A model generated the notes under the pieces. The model worked only from the letters and a program-made list of their open reading frames with translations, was not told the DNA's origin and searched no databases. 64,000 nt of DNA from Bacteroidota bacterium (GTDB lineage Bacteria > Bacteroidota > Ignavibacteria > Palsa-1295), in NCBI GenBank assembly GCA_018266755.1, contig JAFDZW010000005.1, forward strand, positions 711,233 through 775,232, in the 5' to 3' direction. Position numbers and translations under genes: made by a program. This document shows, piece after piece, positions 47,862-58,157 of the stretch. How positions within the stretch are numbered: the stretch's first letter is position 1; each line of letters begins with the position of its first letter.

Positions 47862-48255
47862 ACCGGCGTCAATGAGGGCACCGATCGAATGATGAACGAT
47901 CATGTGAGAATATGGGCCGGTGATATTGGGAAGAAGTCCGCTGCGGCGGACTTTCGTGCGTCTGGGGGTTACGCTGCGTGCGTGTGTATAACGATGTTGT
48001 TGAATAATAATACGCTTGCAGGGATGGGTGCCCGCAGATCATTGAAGTTACGGCGAGGGGGTGGTGCCCGCGTTTTATTGGAGTTAGCGCGTGTATCGGA
48101 GCCAGCCGATGGCTTGGACGATGCCAATATCATACTTCAGGCCTTGACAGAGGCTGGCGCGATGGCGGCGCCCGACGAATGCGCGGGGTTCGGGAATTCA
48201 ATAGACAAAACACGGCGAGCGCGTGTTACACAACGACTTACAAATAGCACCGCTC

Positions 48256-49425
48256 ATGCTGACCGATTTCTACGATATTTCTGCCCTGCTAAGCGAAGAC
48301 CAACGGATGATCCGCGACACGGTTCGCTCGTTCGTGGTCGACGAGGTGTTGCCCGTTATCGAGCACCACAACCAGGCCATGACCTTCCCGCTGGACCTCG
48401 CCCCGAAGATCGGAGCGCTCGGCTTGCTCGGGCCAACCTTGCCGGAGAAATACGGCTGCGCGGGTCTCGACGCCATTGCGTACGGACTCATCAACCAGGA
48501 GCTCGAGCGCGGCGACTCGTCGATCCGCTCGTTCTCGTCGGTGCAGTCGTCGCTGGTGATGTATCCGATCTATGCATACGGTACCGAAGAGCAGCGCATG
48601 CGCTACTTGCCAAAGCTTGCGACGGCAGAATACATCGGCTGCTTCGGGCTCACGGAGCCGGATTACGGCTCGAACCCGGCAGGCATGGTCACCCGCGCGA
48701 AGAAGGTGGACGGCGGGTATATCCTCAACGGCGCGAAGATGTGGATCACCAACGGCACGATCGCCGACGTCGCCGTCGTGTGGGCGAAAGTCGACTCCGA
48801 CGATCCGAAGTCCATCCGCGGTTTCGTGGTTGAGAAAGGCATGAAGGGCTTCACAGCGCCGGAGATGAAGGGCAAATACTCGCTTCGTGCGAGTGTCACG
48901 AGCGAACTGGTATTTCAGGACGTCTTCGTGCCGGACGAGAACATGCTGCCGAACGTGCAGGGCTTGAAGGGTCCGCTCGGCTGTCTGACGCAAGCGCGCT
49001 ACGGCATCTCGTGGGGTGCGGTCGGCGCGGCCATTGCATGTTACGAAAGCTCGGTGGAATATGCGAAGAGTCGTGTGCAGTTCGGCAAGCCGCTCGCAGG
49101 GTTCCAGTTGGTACAGGCGAAACTGGCACACATGTTGACGGAAATCACGAAGGCGCAATTGCTGTGCCTGCGACTCGGCCAGATGAAGAACGACGGCACG
49201 ATGAGGCCGCAGCATGTTTCAATGGCCAAGCGCAACAACGTCGGGATCGCGCTCGATATCGCCCGCACCGCACGTGACATTCACGGCGCGAACGGCATCC
49301 TCGGGGAGTATCCGATCATGCGTCACATGGCAAATTTGGAATCGGTGAACACGTACGAAGGAACCTACGATATTCATACCCTGGTACTGGGTATGGAGAT
49401 CACCGGTATCTCGGCATTCGAATAG
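48256..49425 (+). CDS. gcdH: glutaryl-CoA dehydrogenase (acyl-CoA dehydrogenase family)
   Basis: YGCAGLDAIAYGLINQELERGDSSIRS...CFGLTEPDYGSNPAGMVTRA...WITNG...catalytic E in YEGTYDIHTLVLG. Start re-assigned to MLTDFYD. Confidence 0.85.
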   Translation: MLTDFYDISALLSEDQRMIRDTVRSFVVDEVLPVIEHHNQAMTFPLDLAPKIGALGLLGPTLPEKYGCAGLDAIAYGLINQELERGDSSIRSFSSVQSSLVMYPIYAYGTEEQRMRYLPKLATAEYIGCFGLTEPDYGSNPAGMVTRAKKVDGGYILNGAKMWITNGTIADVAVVWAKVDSDDPKSIRGFVVEKGMKGFTAPEMKGKYSLRASVTSELVFQDVFVPDENMLPNVQGLKGPLGCLTQARYGISWGAVGAAIACYESSVEYAKSRVQFGKPLAGFQLVQAKLAHMLTEITKAQLLCLRLGQMKNDGTMRPQHVSMAKRNNVGIALDIARTARDIHGANGILGEYPIMRHMANLESVNTYEGTYDIHTLVLGMEITGISAFE

Positions 49426-49496
49426 CCAACAAGAGCGCACTACGATTCGAACCGGTTCAAGACGAACAGTATAGTATGTGAGGGCCAGAAACTGAA

Positions 49497-49530
49497 CCGG
49501 GTGATCCGACACTATGATCGGATCACCCGG
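49497..49530. terminator. bidirectional terminator hairpin: perfect 13-bp stem CCGGGTGATCCGA-cactatga-TCGGATCACCCGG between convergent genes
   Basis: Seen directly in the sequence, located between the gcdH stop (49425) and the stop of the 1115-aa minus-strand gene (49559). Confidence 0.55.
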
Positions 49531-49558
49531 AAGATTGCAGTCGATCTCGATGCTTCAT

Positions 49559-52500
49559 TTAATTAGCCTGCATCGCCACGCAGCTATACACTTTCGAGCC
49601 GACCGTCATACGGACGATATAGGTGCCTTCGGGTAATTCGGGCAGGAAGGTCCGAATGGCCGCACTTCCCTGACTGATACCGACATGCGACTCTGCGGAG
49701 ACAACGCGTCCGAGCAGGTCATAGACTTCCAGTCCGCATTCTGCGGCGTTAACCTCTGACGGTACCCAGACCGTAAGCTGACGCCCGGCGATTACTGCAA
49801 CCATACTGCGTACGGCATCCGATGCCGAGCGATATACGCCATCTGGTGAACCAGAGAAGCTGCCGTTGATCGGAGCAATGACCAGTGCTCCCTTGGTACC
49901 GGAATTCTCGACATCGTAATTCACGGTGATAAATGCGGAGCGATTCGTATAGGCCCGTGTGACATCCGGATGCCACTTCAGGTCGAGCCACATGCTGTCG
50001 GAATAGTTAATATAGAAGTTCGAGATCGGATCGACGCCGTACTCGTTGCCAGTGATCGAGAACTCCGAAACGTCCGGCCCACTGAGCTGCACGGAGTTCA
50101 CAAGGATTCGCTTGGATGTCCCACGATTCGCAAGATAAATTCGGACCGTGGCTTCCGGTGTTCCTTTCGTCGAATCGGCTGTCATTGCGATCACCGTCGG
50201 CGCCCATTCGACGCCAGCGTTATATCCCTTGCCGCTCAACAACGAGAATGCCTTCATCTTCGAGTCGAGGGCCGGCACAATATCCGATTTCCAGTACAGT
50301 GTAGCCGAATGCGAGTCATGATCTTTCGGATTGAAACAGACATTGACGCTGATCGAATCGCCGGCCTTGATCGTCACCGGCAATGTCGCAAGGAAGGCGG
50401 GGTCGACCGAGAAATCAGTGCTATCGCTAAGAACTGGCCAATGCAGTGTCAACGGCAACGTACCGACGTTCTTGAGCTTCACAACGTCACACTTTGTGTC
50501 GCCCATGTCGGTTTCTGCAAAATTCAGATCCGTCGCCTGCAGCAATCCGGACGCACCATGTCCCTGGAGTACGTACGTAAAGGTACTCCCGCAATCACCT
50601 GTTAGAATAAGCGAACATTGAGTCGCCGCCGTATCGGCCGGATTGAAGCACACGGGAATCGAGGCATTCGATCCCGGAGCGATTCGGATCGTATCCGGCT
50701 GTGCCGAGGCGAATTTGAAGTGCGCGGTATCACCCGTCAGTTTTGGTCTCGTAACGACAAAATCGCGAGCACCGGCACCGCCAGGATTCGTCAGCACGAT
50801 CGCTCCGCACGCATTGACACCACATGGAGCCAAACCATACGTATACGTATTCCCCGATACACTTGAAAGCTGACCAGAGCCGGCTGCTGTCACACTCGGA
50901 GCCTTCGAAAGATTCACGAGCAGCGATGCGCCGGAGTTGTCATATACTTCGATCGTTGCAGTTGCAGCGCTCGAGGGAACAGTCGGTTGCACGGTGAACG
51001 TATAACTCTTCTGCGTACCATCGAGTATGATTTCTCCCTTATTCAGAGAGTCCAACGATACATCGAACTGAACGTTGACCGACGGCGTAATTGCCATCGA
51101 ATACGTTGCCTTTGGATAGTTGACAATCTCGATGTAACGAATTCCCGCATGTGTATCACCCGAATCGTTGATCGTTACATCCCATTTCCCGCAGTTATCT
51201 TTCACAACGGACGTGAGCTTCGCCGGTGTTGTACCGAACTCGCCGTAGTTAAATCCAAGCGGATTGCCATACGAGTAATAATCATTCGCATTAAAGCCAC
51301 CAAAACCGAACCCAAAGCGACGATTGAACGATACTTCCGTGGTAAAATACGCTGCCATTTTCGAGCGCTTCCCTGGATTTTGCAGATCGTTCGCCCCATC
51401 GACCAGATAATACGATCCCGTATTCGTGATCGATGCTTGAATTCCCATCAGCGAGTCTTCGCCGGGAATATCATTGAACTGCTTCTTGATCGAGACCTGG
51501 CTTTGCACCGGCGACGGCGCAACACCGTTATTGCTCATCAAGATCTTCTGTGCAGCCCAGTCCGACTTCGGGAAGATAAGATAGAGATACCGTTCGTACG
51601 TCGTATTATCCTTGATGGTCGGAACATAGAAATAGTACTCGCTCTTCCAGCGCGACTTCGGGATAATACTTACCATGCTCGGCGTCGGATACGGGGAGCT
51701 TGTTCCCTGCATCCGATTGTCATACTGCATGACACCGAATGGCTTCCCGTTATAATCCTGCCAGCCGGTCGCCTGCTGAATATTCGTTGCCGCATATGCT
51801 CCGTACTTCGGCACGGTCACGCCAGTGGGAGAACCACCGGAGCCATTCTCAAAATAGACCATGTTCCCTGCATTCGGTACTGCAACGGCACGAATTTCAT
51901 CGCCGTACCCCGCTGTCGTCGCCGGTTTTGAATCATAGAACGGGATGGTACAATACCCAGTAGAATCCCATGCTTCCACAGGGATCAGCTGCTCGACCAT
52001 GAAGTCGCGTCCTTCTGTACCGGATGCAACAGAGCTTGTCAGTGTAAATGCATTTTCGTGTCCTGCCAATACGCAGACAGGCTGTGAGGAGTTGATCACT
52101 GTACCGGACAGATCAGCGCCCTGGTCCTTTCCTTCCGCATAGATCGTATAGGTTTGACCTCGATTCAGCGAGACTGAAAATGGTTGCGGCGTTCCGTTGG
52201 CACCGGTCCCAGAAATAGCACCAACGTGTCCACCGGCCGTTGTTGTCGAAGGTGTGACGAAGACGTTCGTCCCGTCATGACCGGAGACGATCTCGATAAA
52301 TCCGCGCGAGGCTGCAGTATTGATATACCCGCCATTGCCTGCTGGGTTATCATTATAGCTTTGAACAACATAATTCTTTCCCCAACACTGCAGCGGATAG
52401 GAAAGATATGAACCGCCCGAACACGTCCCCTGACTGACGAACTCAACACTGATCGGTGCCTTGGACGTGATCTTCATCGTACCATAACGAACACCGTCAC

Positions 52501-52831
52501 CCGTCGTCTCCCACGTTTGGAATTTGGTCATATCCAAGGGGAATTGAAACGACTGCTTCGCTGCGATCTTCTTCGTTGTCGCACCATTTTCAAATCCCGT
52601 CGAATCGATGTAAACGAAGGTCACACTATTGTCGACCGATGTTGTGACATGCACGTATGACTTATAGGTGGGGCCTGAATAACTGTTTAATGTTGATTTC
52701 TGCCGTTGGATCGATGGATACGGCACCCCAACATAAAACTCGCGGCCTTCACTCGGAATGCCGGTCTGTGCCTGTACTAGCGAAGCAATTGCCTGCAGGA
52801 TCACTGCAACAATGATGGTCCGTTTGGTCAT
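49559..52831 (-). CDS. giant secreted protein (~1090 aa) with T9SS C-terminal sorting domain, paralogue 1 (possible IgGFc-binding-like N-terminal domain)
   Basis: Signal peptide MTKRTIIVAVILQAIASLVQAQ. After the signal both copies share QTGIPSEGREFYVGVPYPS / QSGISSEGREFYLGLLVPS, then ...GVMQYDNRMQG..., PKSRWKSEYYF..., GIRYIE/VDL..NYPK.TY..., and a T9SS CTD at the C-terminus. Confidence 0.75.
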   Translation of the reverse strand: MTKRTIIVAVILQAIASLVQAQTGIPSEGREFYVGVPYPSIQRQKSTLNSYSGPTYKSYVHVTTSVDNSVTFVYIDSTGFENGATTKKIAAKQSFQFPLDMTKFQTWETTGDGVRYGTMKITSKAPISVEFVSQGTCSGGSYLSYPLQCWGKNYVVQSYNDNPAGNGGYINTAASRGFIEIVSGHDGTNVFVTPSTTTAGGHVGAISGTGANGTPQPFSVSLNRGQTYTIYAEGKDQGADLSGTVINSSQPVCVLAGHENAFTLTSSVASGTEGRDFMVEQLIPVEAWDSTGYCTIPFYDSKPATTAGYGDEIRAVAVPNAGNMVYFENGSGGSPTGVTVPKYGAYAATNIQQATGWQDYNGKPFGVMQYDNRMQGTSSPYPTPSMVSIIPKSRWKSEYYFYVPTIKDNTTYERYLYLIFPKSDWAAQKILMSNNGVAPSPVQSQVSIKKQFNDIPGEDSLMGIQASITNTGSYYLVDGANDLQNPGKRSKMAAYFTTEVSFNRRFGFGFGGFNANDYYSYGNPLGFNYGEFGTTPAKLTSVVKDNCGKWDVTINDSGDTHAGIRYIEIVNYPKATYSMAITPSVNVQFDVSLDSLNKGEIILDGTQKSYTFTVQPTVPSSAATATIEVYDNSGASLLVNLSKAPSVTAAGSGQLSSVSGNTYTYGLAPCGVNACGAIVLTNPGGAGARDFVVTRPKLTGDTAHFKFASAQPDTIRIAPGSNASIPVCFNPADTAATQCSLILTGDCGSTFTYVLQGHGASGLLQATDLNFAETDMGDTKCDVVKLKNVGTLPLTLHWPVLSDSTDFSVDPAFLATLPVTIKAGDSISVNVCFNPKDHDSHSATLYWKSDIVPALDSKMKAFSLLSGKGYNAGVEWAPTVIAMTADSTKGTPEATVRIYLANRGTSKRILVNSVQLSGPDVSEFSITGNEYGVDPISNFYINYSDSMWLDLKWHPDVTRAYTNRSAFITVNYDVENSGTKGALVIAPINGSFSGSPDGVYRSASDAVRSMVAVIAGRQLTVWVPSEVNAAECGLEVYDLLGRVVSAESHVGISQGSAAIRTFLPELPEGTYIVRMTVGSKVYSCVAMQAN

Positions 52832-53143
52832 AGTTCTCGTGGAAAGAAGGGAAAGCAAGGTCACTTGCTCCAAAAGGTGAATAACAACACACTCACACGG
52901 TGCCACTGCTACAGATATTGGTCGCCAGAACGATCAATTCTGATTTCAATAGTGGTCAATAGCCGTTGTCCATGCAATAATCGGGCCTACAGATTCGACC
53001 TCGGCACCCATAAAACACCCACTACAACATGAACACCACACCTTGCGAGACACACCACTTCCTCGTTTGTTTCAACGTGAAGTGAAATTGACTCTCAATG
53101 TTGAAAAAGCTCTAACTTATTATGATTTATGGCGATAGGAACA

Positions 53144-56100
53144 CTAATGCACTATCTGTAACTTTGAAAGCAATCGCTGTCGCCCCGAAGTCAACACGAA
53201 AAAGCAGCTTCCACTAAATCTGGGTGGTATTGGGATGTGAATGATCCCTGCATTCGTACCAGCCGGTATCTGAACTGGACGTACCACTTCTCTTCCAAGA
53301 ACATCATGGATTTCCACCGAACAGTCTTGATTTTCTATTCCGTCAGGAAGTTCGAGCACTACTGAGGATCCGTCTTGAAAGACGTTCAGTGATAGAGCAT
53401 CGTCACTCCTAAAGTGGACGTTATCGGTGATATGATCGAACCGCCCCGTCAACGGCGCAACGACCAGCGCATTACTGGTGCCTCTCCCCTCAACATCGTA
53501 GGTGCACATAAGATATGTCGAACGGTCGGCATACCGTCCCGGATATGGAACGGAAACATTGGGATGGAATAGAATGTCGAGCCACATGCTGTCGGCACTG
53601 GCGATATAGAAATTTGAAAGCGGGTCGACACCATACTCGTTGCCGACGATACTAAACTCACTGCTATCGAGACCCGAGAGGGCGATCGAATGCACCAAAA
53701 TGCGTTTTGTGGCTCCTCTGTTAGCGAGATAGATCCTCCCAGTTGCTGTCGGCGCTACCAGAAGCGAATCGGCCGTCAAGCGCAATGATCCAGGCGACCA
53801 CTCGACCTCAGGACTATACCCCTTTCCGGTCAGCAGCGAAATCTCTTTCGACCGCCCCTCCATTGCCCTTGTCAGATTCGTATGCCAATGAACGGTGGCT
53901 GTATGAGAATCTCCGTCGATCGGTTGGAAGCAGATCTGGACGGTTGTGCTATCGAATGGGGCCACGGTGATCGGAAGACTTGCAAGGAATGCAGAATCGA
54001 TACGGAAGTTCACCGTGTCGCTGAGCACTGGCAGCGTTTGAAGTATGAGCGGTCGATTTCCTGTGTTGCTCAGCGTTACGATACCGCAATTACGATCTCC
54101 GGAATCGGTCAACGGAAATTGGACGTCAGTTGCATGGAGCACTCCGGACGCTCCCTGACCGCTGATCGTGTATTTGAACTTTGCGTCGCAAGCTCCTCCC
54201 AACTTAACTGTCGTTGAGATCGGAATGGTATCATCGGGATAAAAACAGATCGGCAACTGCAACGGTGTGCCCGGAACAATTGAGATCGGCAGCGATGGAC
54301 CTGTTCCTGAGAATCGAAAATGGGTCGTGTCACCCACAATCGAGATCGAGGATATCACTTGCTCATGCGCACCTAAACCACTCGGGATCGCAATGTTCAG
54401 AATACCACACCTCGGCGAATCGACCGAAGTAGTCCCAAAGCTGAACGAAGTCTTCGATAATGCCGTCAACTGACCTGACGAACTTGCAGTAAGAGCTGCA
54501 CTTGACCGCAGTTGGATCAATAACGACGACCCGGAGTTATCGAATACCTCGACTGCAGCGGCCGAAGTATCGGCAGGGTTTACACGTTCGACTCGAAAAC
54601 AAAATTCTCCGTCTGTCCCCGGCAACAGAATTTCATTCTTTCCGATCGGATCCACCGACGCATCGAATCGTGCATTGACGGAGACGGGAATATTCGAGGT
54701 GTACGTGTTCTTCGGATAATTCAGCAGATCGACATAACGAATTCCGGTACGGTCATTACCACTGTCTCGCACGCATACTGCCCAATAGCCGCATTCATCG
54801 CTAACGGTTGCCGACATTTTTGGCCGCATCGTGCCAAACTCACCATACGACAATCCGAGCGGATTCGCATAGCTGAACACATCGTCATAGTAAGATGGCG
54901 GGCCTCCTGCGGTATAGCCGTAATCCACAACGGCAGCATTATAGTAGGCGAAGAAGGTCGAATGCCGCTCAGTATCGGTGGAAGACAATCCGAGATCGGC
55001 CACATAATATGCGCCACTGTTATTCAGTGACATCGCAACTCCGATCATTGTCGAGTCAGAGGGAATCGATGCCCATACACGTTTGATCGATACGCCGGAA
55101 GCAGAGATCGGCATGAGCGACCCCCCATTAAACGACAGCATGATCTTACTTGCATTCCAATCTGCCTTTGGTGCAATGATATAGAGATATCGTTGGAAGG
55201 TACCATATTTCGTACTCTGTACGAAAAAGTAGTAATTGCTCTTCCAGCGAGATTTGGGGACGAGCGAATTCATACTCGGCGTCGGATACGGCGCACCACT
55301 TCCCTGCATGCGCTGATCGTACTGCATGACACCGAACGGCTCATCGTTGGCATCGTAGAGTCCGATCGGAACAGTCGTCCCGACAAGAGAAAAGCTCCCA
55401 TAATTCGGTACACTCGCAGTCGTCGCCGATGCACTTCCGTCATCAAGCATGACCTGATTCCCGTTCGAGGGCAACGTCACGACACGTAATTCATCACCGG
55501 CTCCGGCAGCTGTGCTCGGCTTCGAATCGACAAAGGGAATCGACGCATAGCCCCTGGAATCCCAGCATTCGACCGGGATCATCTGTTCCATCATCAGATC
55601 GCGACCTTCGGTCCATTGCAATTGATCGCTGCTACCGGCCGTAAACGCCGCTTCATGTCCGCCAAGAACGACGACCGGTTTATTCGAGGTAATCACAGTG
55701 CCTGTCAGGTCCGAGTTCGCATCCGAGCCGATCGAATAGATCGTGTATGTCTGGCCGTGGGATAACCCGACCGTGAAGGGCTGCGGTTTTCCGTTGGAAC
55801 CTGGCCCGCTGATCGCTCCAGGTCGCCCGCCATTTGTCGTTGTTGAAGGAGTAATCTGTAGTTGTGTAGCGTCCTGGGTCGCGATCACCTCAAGGCATCC
55901 GCGAGATGGCATTGTGCTGAACATTCCACCAGAGCCGGATGGATTATCATTATAACTCTGTACCACATATTGCTTCCCAAGACATTGCACCGGCAATGCG
56001 AGGTATGATCCTCCGGCGCTGGTGCCGACGCTGACCATCTGAACACTGATCGGCACATCGGAAACGATATGACACGTACTATATTGAACATGTTCGCCGC

Positions 56101-56419
56101 TGGTGTCGGAGATCTTGAACTTGCTCATGTCAAGCTGCACCTGGGTACCCTGTCGTGCGGGTATCTTCACGCTGGCGCCCGTCTCCGTACCGGATGCGTC
56201 GAAGTAATTAATCTGTACGTTGGCGTTCGCGGTTGCGGTCAGAAGCAAATACGCATTGTACTTGGACTTGTGAAACGAAGAGCTTCCAGTCTGACGTGGT
56301 GTCGACGGCACCAAAAGCCCGAGATAGAACTCGCGGCCTTCACTGGAGATGCCGGATTGCGCAATTCCTTCTGAGCTAAAGAATTGTGCGATGATCAGGA
56401 TGAGAATGATCCTTCGCAT
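53144..56419 (-). CDS. giant secreted protein (1091 aa) with T9SS C-terminal sorting domain, paralogue 2
   Basis: Signal peptide MRRIILILIIAQFFSSEGIAQSG. Collinear homology with paralogue 1 along its whole length. T9SS CTD at the C-terminus (…VEIHDVLGREVVRPVQIPAGTNAGIIHIPIP…). Confidence 0.75.
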   Translation of the reverse strand: MRRIILILIIAQFFSSEGIAQSGISSEGREFYLGLLVPSTPRQTGSSSFHKSKYNAYLLLTATANANVQINYFDASGTETGASVKIPARQGTQVQLDMSKFKISDTSGEHVQYSTCHIVSDVPISVQMVSVGTSAGGSYLALPVQCLGKQYVVQSYNDNPSGSGGMFSTMPSRGCLEVIATQDATQLQITPSTTTNGGRPGAISGPGSNGKPQPFTVGLSHGQTYTIYSIGSDANSDLTGTVITSNKPVVVLGGHEAAFTAGSSDQLQWTEGRDLMMEQMIPVECWDSRGYASIPFVDSKPSTAAGAGDELRVVTLPSNGNQVMLDDGSASATTASVPNYGSFSLVGTTVPIGLYDANDEPFGVMQYDQRMQGSGAPYPTPSMNSLVPKSRWKSNYYFFVQSTKYGTFQRYLYIIAPKADWNASKIMLSFNGGSLMPISASGVSIKRVWASIPSDSTMIGVAMSLNNSGAYYVADLGLSSTDTERHSTFFAYYNAAVVDYGYTAGGPPSYYDDVFSYANPLGLSYGEFGTMRPKMSATVSDECGYWAVCVRDSGNDRTGIRYVDLLNYPKNTYTSNIPVSVNARFDASVDPIGKNEILLPGTDGEFCFRVERVNPADTSAAAVEVFDNSGSSLLIQLRSSAALTASSSGQLTALSKTSFSFGTTSVDSPRCGILNIAIPSGLGAHEQVISSISIVGDTTHFRFSGTGPSLPISIVPGTPLQLPICFYPDDTIPISTTVKLGGACDAKFKYTISGQGASGVLHATDVQFPLTDSGDRNCGIVTLSNTGNRPLILQTLPVLSDTVNFRIDSAFLASLPITVAPFDSTTVQICFQPIDGDSHTATVHWHTNLTRAMEGRSKEISLLTGKGYSPEVEWSPGSLRLTADSLLVAPTATGRIYLANRGATKRILVHSIALSGLDSSEFSIVGNEYGVDPLSNFYIASADSMWLDILFHPNVSVPYPGRYADRSTYLMCTYDVEGRGTSNALVVAPLTGRFDHITDNVHFRSDDALSLNVFQDGSSVVLELPDGIENQDCSVEIHDVLGREVVRPVQIPAGTNAGIIHIPIPPRFSGSCFFVLTSGRQRLLSKLQIVH

Positions 56420-56536
56420 TGCTCGGGGGATGAAAGATGATATGAGATGACGTAATGATCGCGGGGAAACACGACTCTGGTTGCTAACGAACGTAGGGGT
56501 CCAAACAATTCCTCTATGTAAATCCCCCCAGAAACG

Positions 56537-56569
56537 ACGACGGCAGCCATACGGCTACCGTCGTTTTTC
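56537..56569. terminator. hairpin (ACGACGG-cagcc-atac-ggcta-CCGTCGT) followed by TTTTT; bidirectional terminator downstream of the WXXGXW-protein gene
   Basis: Seen directly in the sequence. T5 on the plus strand, A5/CGUUUCU on the minus strand. Confidence 0.45.
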
Positions 56570-56587
56570 TATAGCTTGGTCACAGTG

Positions 56588-56956
56588 CTACCTTCGCCAA
56601 TCGCCGCGATCGGCGTGATCCCAGCCGCGATGTTCGCCGCGGTCATGGTGCCGATCTTCCCAACGGTCTTCTCGTCTATCTTCCCGGCGGTCTTCGCGCC
56701 AGTCGCGTCTCATCTCACGTCGTGCCCAACGGCCTGGCACCCACTCATAGTGACGATGCCACCGGTCGAAATTCCAGTAGCCTGGCGCCCAGTAGGCGTC
56801 GGGGTATGGCGCTTCGCAGATGATCTCGCGTCGCGGAGGGGGCGGCGGAGGAGGCGTGCCGACGTAGATGCCGAAGCCCCAATGAACTTGTGCGTTCGCA
56901 ACCGGTGCCAGGGAAAGAATGGCGGCGAGTGTTGCGAGTTTGATCGTGGTTTTCAT
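56588..56956 (-). CDS. secreted WXXGXW-repeat protein with poly-Pro stretch and RE/RD-rich charged tail
   Basis: Signal peptide MKTTIKLATLAAILSLAPVANA. PPPPPPP, then two YxWxPGxW units (YWAPGYWNFDRW, YEWVPGRWAR), then REDRREDRREDRWEDRHHDRGEHRGW. Confidence 0.6.
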   Translation of the reverse strand: MKTTIKLATLAAILSLAPVANAQVHWGFGIYVGTPPPPPPPRREIICEAPYPDAYWAPGYWNFDRWHRHYEWVPGRWARREMRRDWREDRREDRREDRWEDRHHDRGEHRGWDHADRGDWRR

Positions 56957-57062
56957 AACAATGTTCCTTTCGTGATAGAACTTGATTCGTTAGTTCTGAC
57001 GAATAAACACTGCATGTGTTTAACGATGTTGATGAATTGTAAGTGAATACTTCTTCACTGAC

Positions 57063-57788
57063 CTACGACGTCTCCGCATGCAGATCGTGATCGAGCGCGA
57101 TGCGTTCGTCGAAGATAAAACAATCACCCTCGAAGAGCGACTCTTCCTTCGGCACCTCTTCGAAGTACTTCAGGATGCCGCCTTGCAAGTGATACACTTT
57201 CTCGAAGCCTTTCTGCAGCATATAGCTTGTCGCTTTCTCGCAACGAATGCCACCCGTGCAGAACATTGCGACCTTCTTATGCTCGCTTGGATCGAGCTCG
57301 CTCTCGACGAACTTCGGAAAATCGCGGAAGCGCTTCGTCTTCGGATCGAGAGAACCTCGGAACGTCCCCTTCGCGAATTCGAACGCGTTGCGCGTATCGA
57401 TCACGAGCACATCCGGATCGCTGATGAGCGCATTCCATTCAGCGGGCTTCACATACTCACCGACCATCTTCAACGGATCGACCGACTCCACGCCAAGCGC
57501 CACGATCTCGCGCTTGAGCCGCACCTTCATCTTGCGAAACGGGATCGTATCGTGAAGCGACTCTTTGTGCTCGAGGTCGGCAAGTCGCGCGTCGCTGCGA
57601 AGACGGGCGAGGATGGTGTCAATGCTCTCGCGCGAGCCGGCGAGCATGCCGTTGATCCCTTCGCTTGCCAGGAGGATCGTCCCCTTGAGGCTGAGCGAGT
57701 TGCAGTATTCGCGCAGCGGCAGGCGCATTGCCTCGTAGTCCGGCAGCGGCACGAATTTGTAGAATGCTATGACGGTGATCTGCTCCAT
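57063..57788 (-). CDS. trhO: rhodanese-domain tRNA uridine(34) hydroxylase TrhO (UPF0176)
   Basis: [24 protein letters not shown]...[15 protein letters not shown]... with the rhodanese active site [12 protein letters not shown]. Confidence 0.85.
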   Translation of the reverse strand: MEQITVIAFYKFVPLPDYEAMRLPLREYCNSLSLKGTILLASEGINGMLAGSRESIDTILARLRSDARLADLEHKESLHDTIPFRKMKVRLKREIVALGVESVDPLKMVGEYVKPAEWNALISDPDVLVIDTRNAFEFAKGTFRGSLDPKTKRFRDFPKFVESELDPSEHKKVAMFCTGGIRCEKATSYMLQKGFEKVYHLQGGILKYFEEVPKEESLFEGDCFIFDERIALDHDLHAETS

Positions 57789-57988
57789 TATCGTAACCCC
57801 TTCAACATTCCCGCCGCCGCTCCTGTGCCGTACCGTACCGGAGACAGTACGAATCTCGCTTGTAAGTTCAATAGATAGCGGGCACCATCCACTTCCCGTA
57901 ACCTCAATAAAACGGGAGCACCCATACCTGCAACCCTTCTAATATCAACAACTTCGTTATACACACGCGCAACCCGCCCTTTAAAACC

Positions 57989-58014
57989 AAAGAGCCCGCC
58001 GTGGCGGACTCTTT
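57989..58014 (-). terminator. hairpin AAAGAGCCCGCC-gtg-GCGGACTCTTT followed (minus strand) by GGUUUUAAA
   Basis: Seen directly in the sequence. Rho-independent terminator geometry for the minus-strand gene ending at 58154. Confidence 0.45.
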
Positions 58015-58126
58015 CAGAACATCGGATGATATGCGGTTGTCGTATCATGCGCCCACAAATATACTCGAATGTGCCCCTTTTGTCAAGAGGCTAAGTGCAT
58101 ATTCTTGAGATTTAATATTACGGGCA

Positions 58127-58157
58127 CCTGTAGAGACGCACCATGGCGCGTCTCTAC
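58127..58157. repeat. REP-like palindrome, variant copy (CCTGTAGAGACGCaccatggcGCGTCTCTAC) overlapping the stop codon of the upstream gene
   Basis: 10-bp arms identical to the REP consensus arms GTAGAGACGC/GCGTCTCTAC found 1.2 kb away. The stop codon at 58154-58156 lies inside the right arm. Confidence 0.7.

Noticed and set aside
47841-48833. 330-aa plus-strand ORF spanning the gcdH leader and the 5' half of gcdH in another frame
   Set aside because: Translation is Ala/Arg/Gly-rich junk without motifs. The gcdH frame has unmistakable acyl-CoA dehydrogenase homology.
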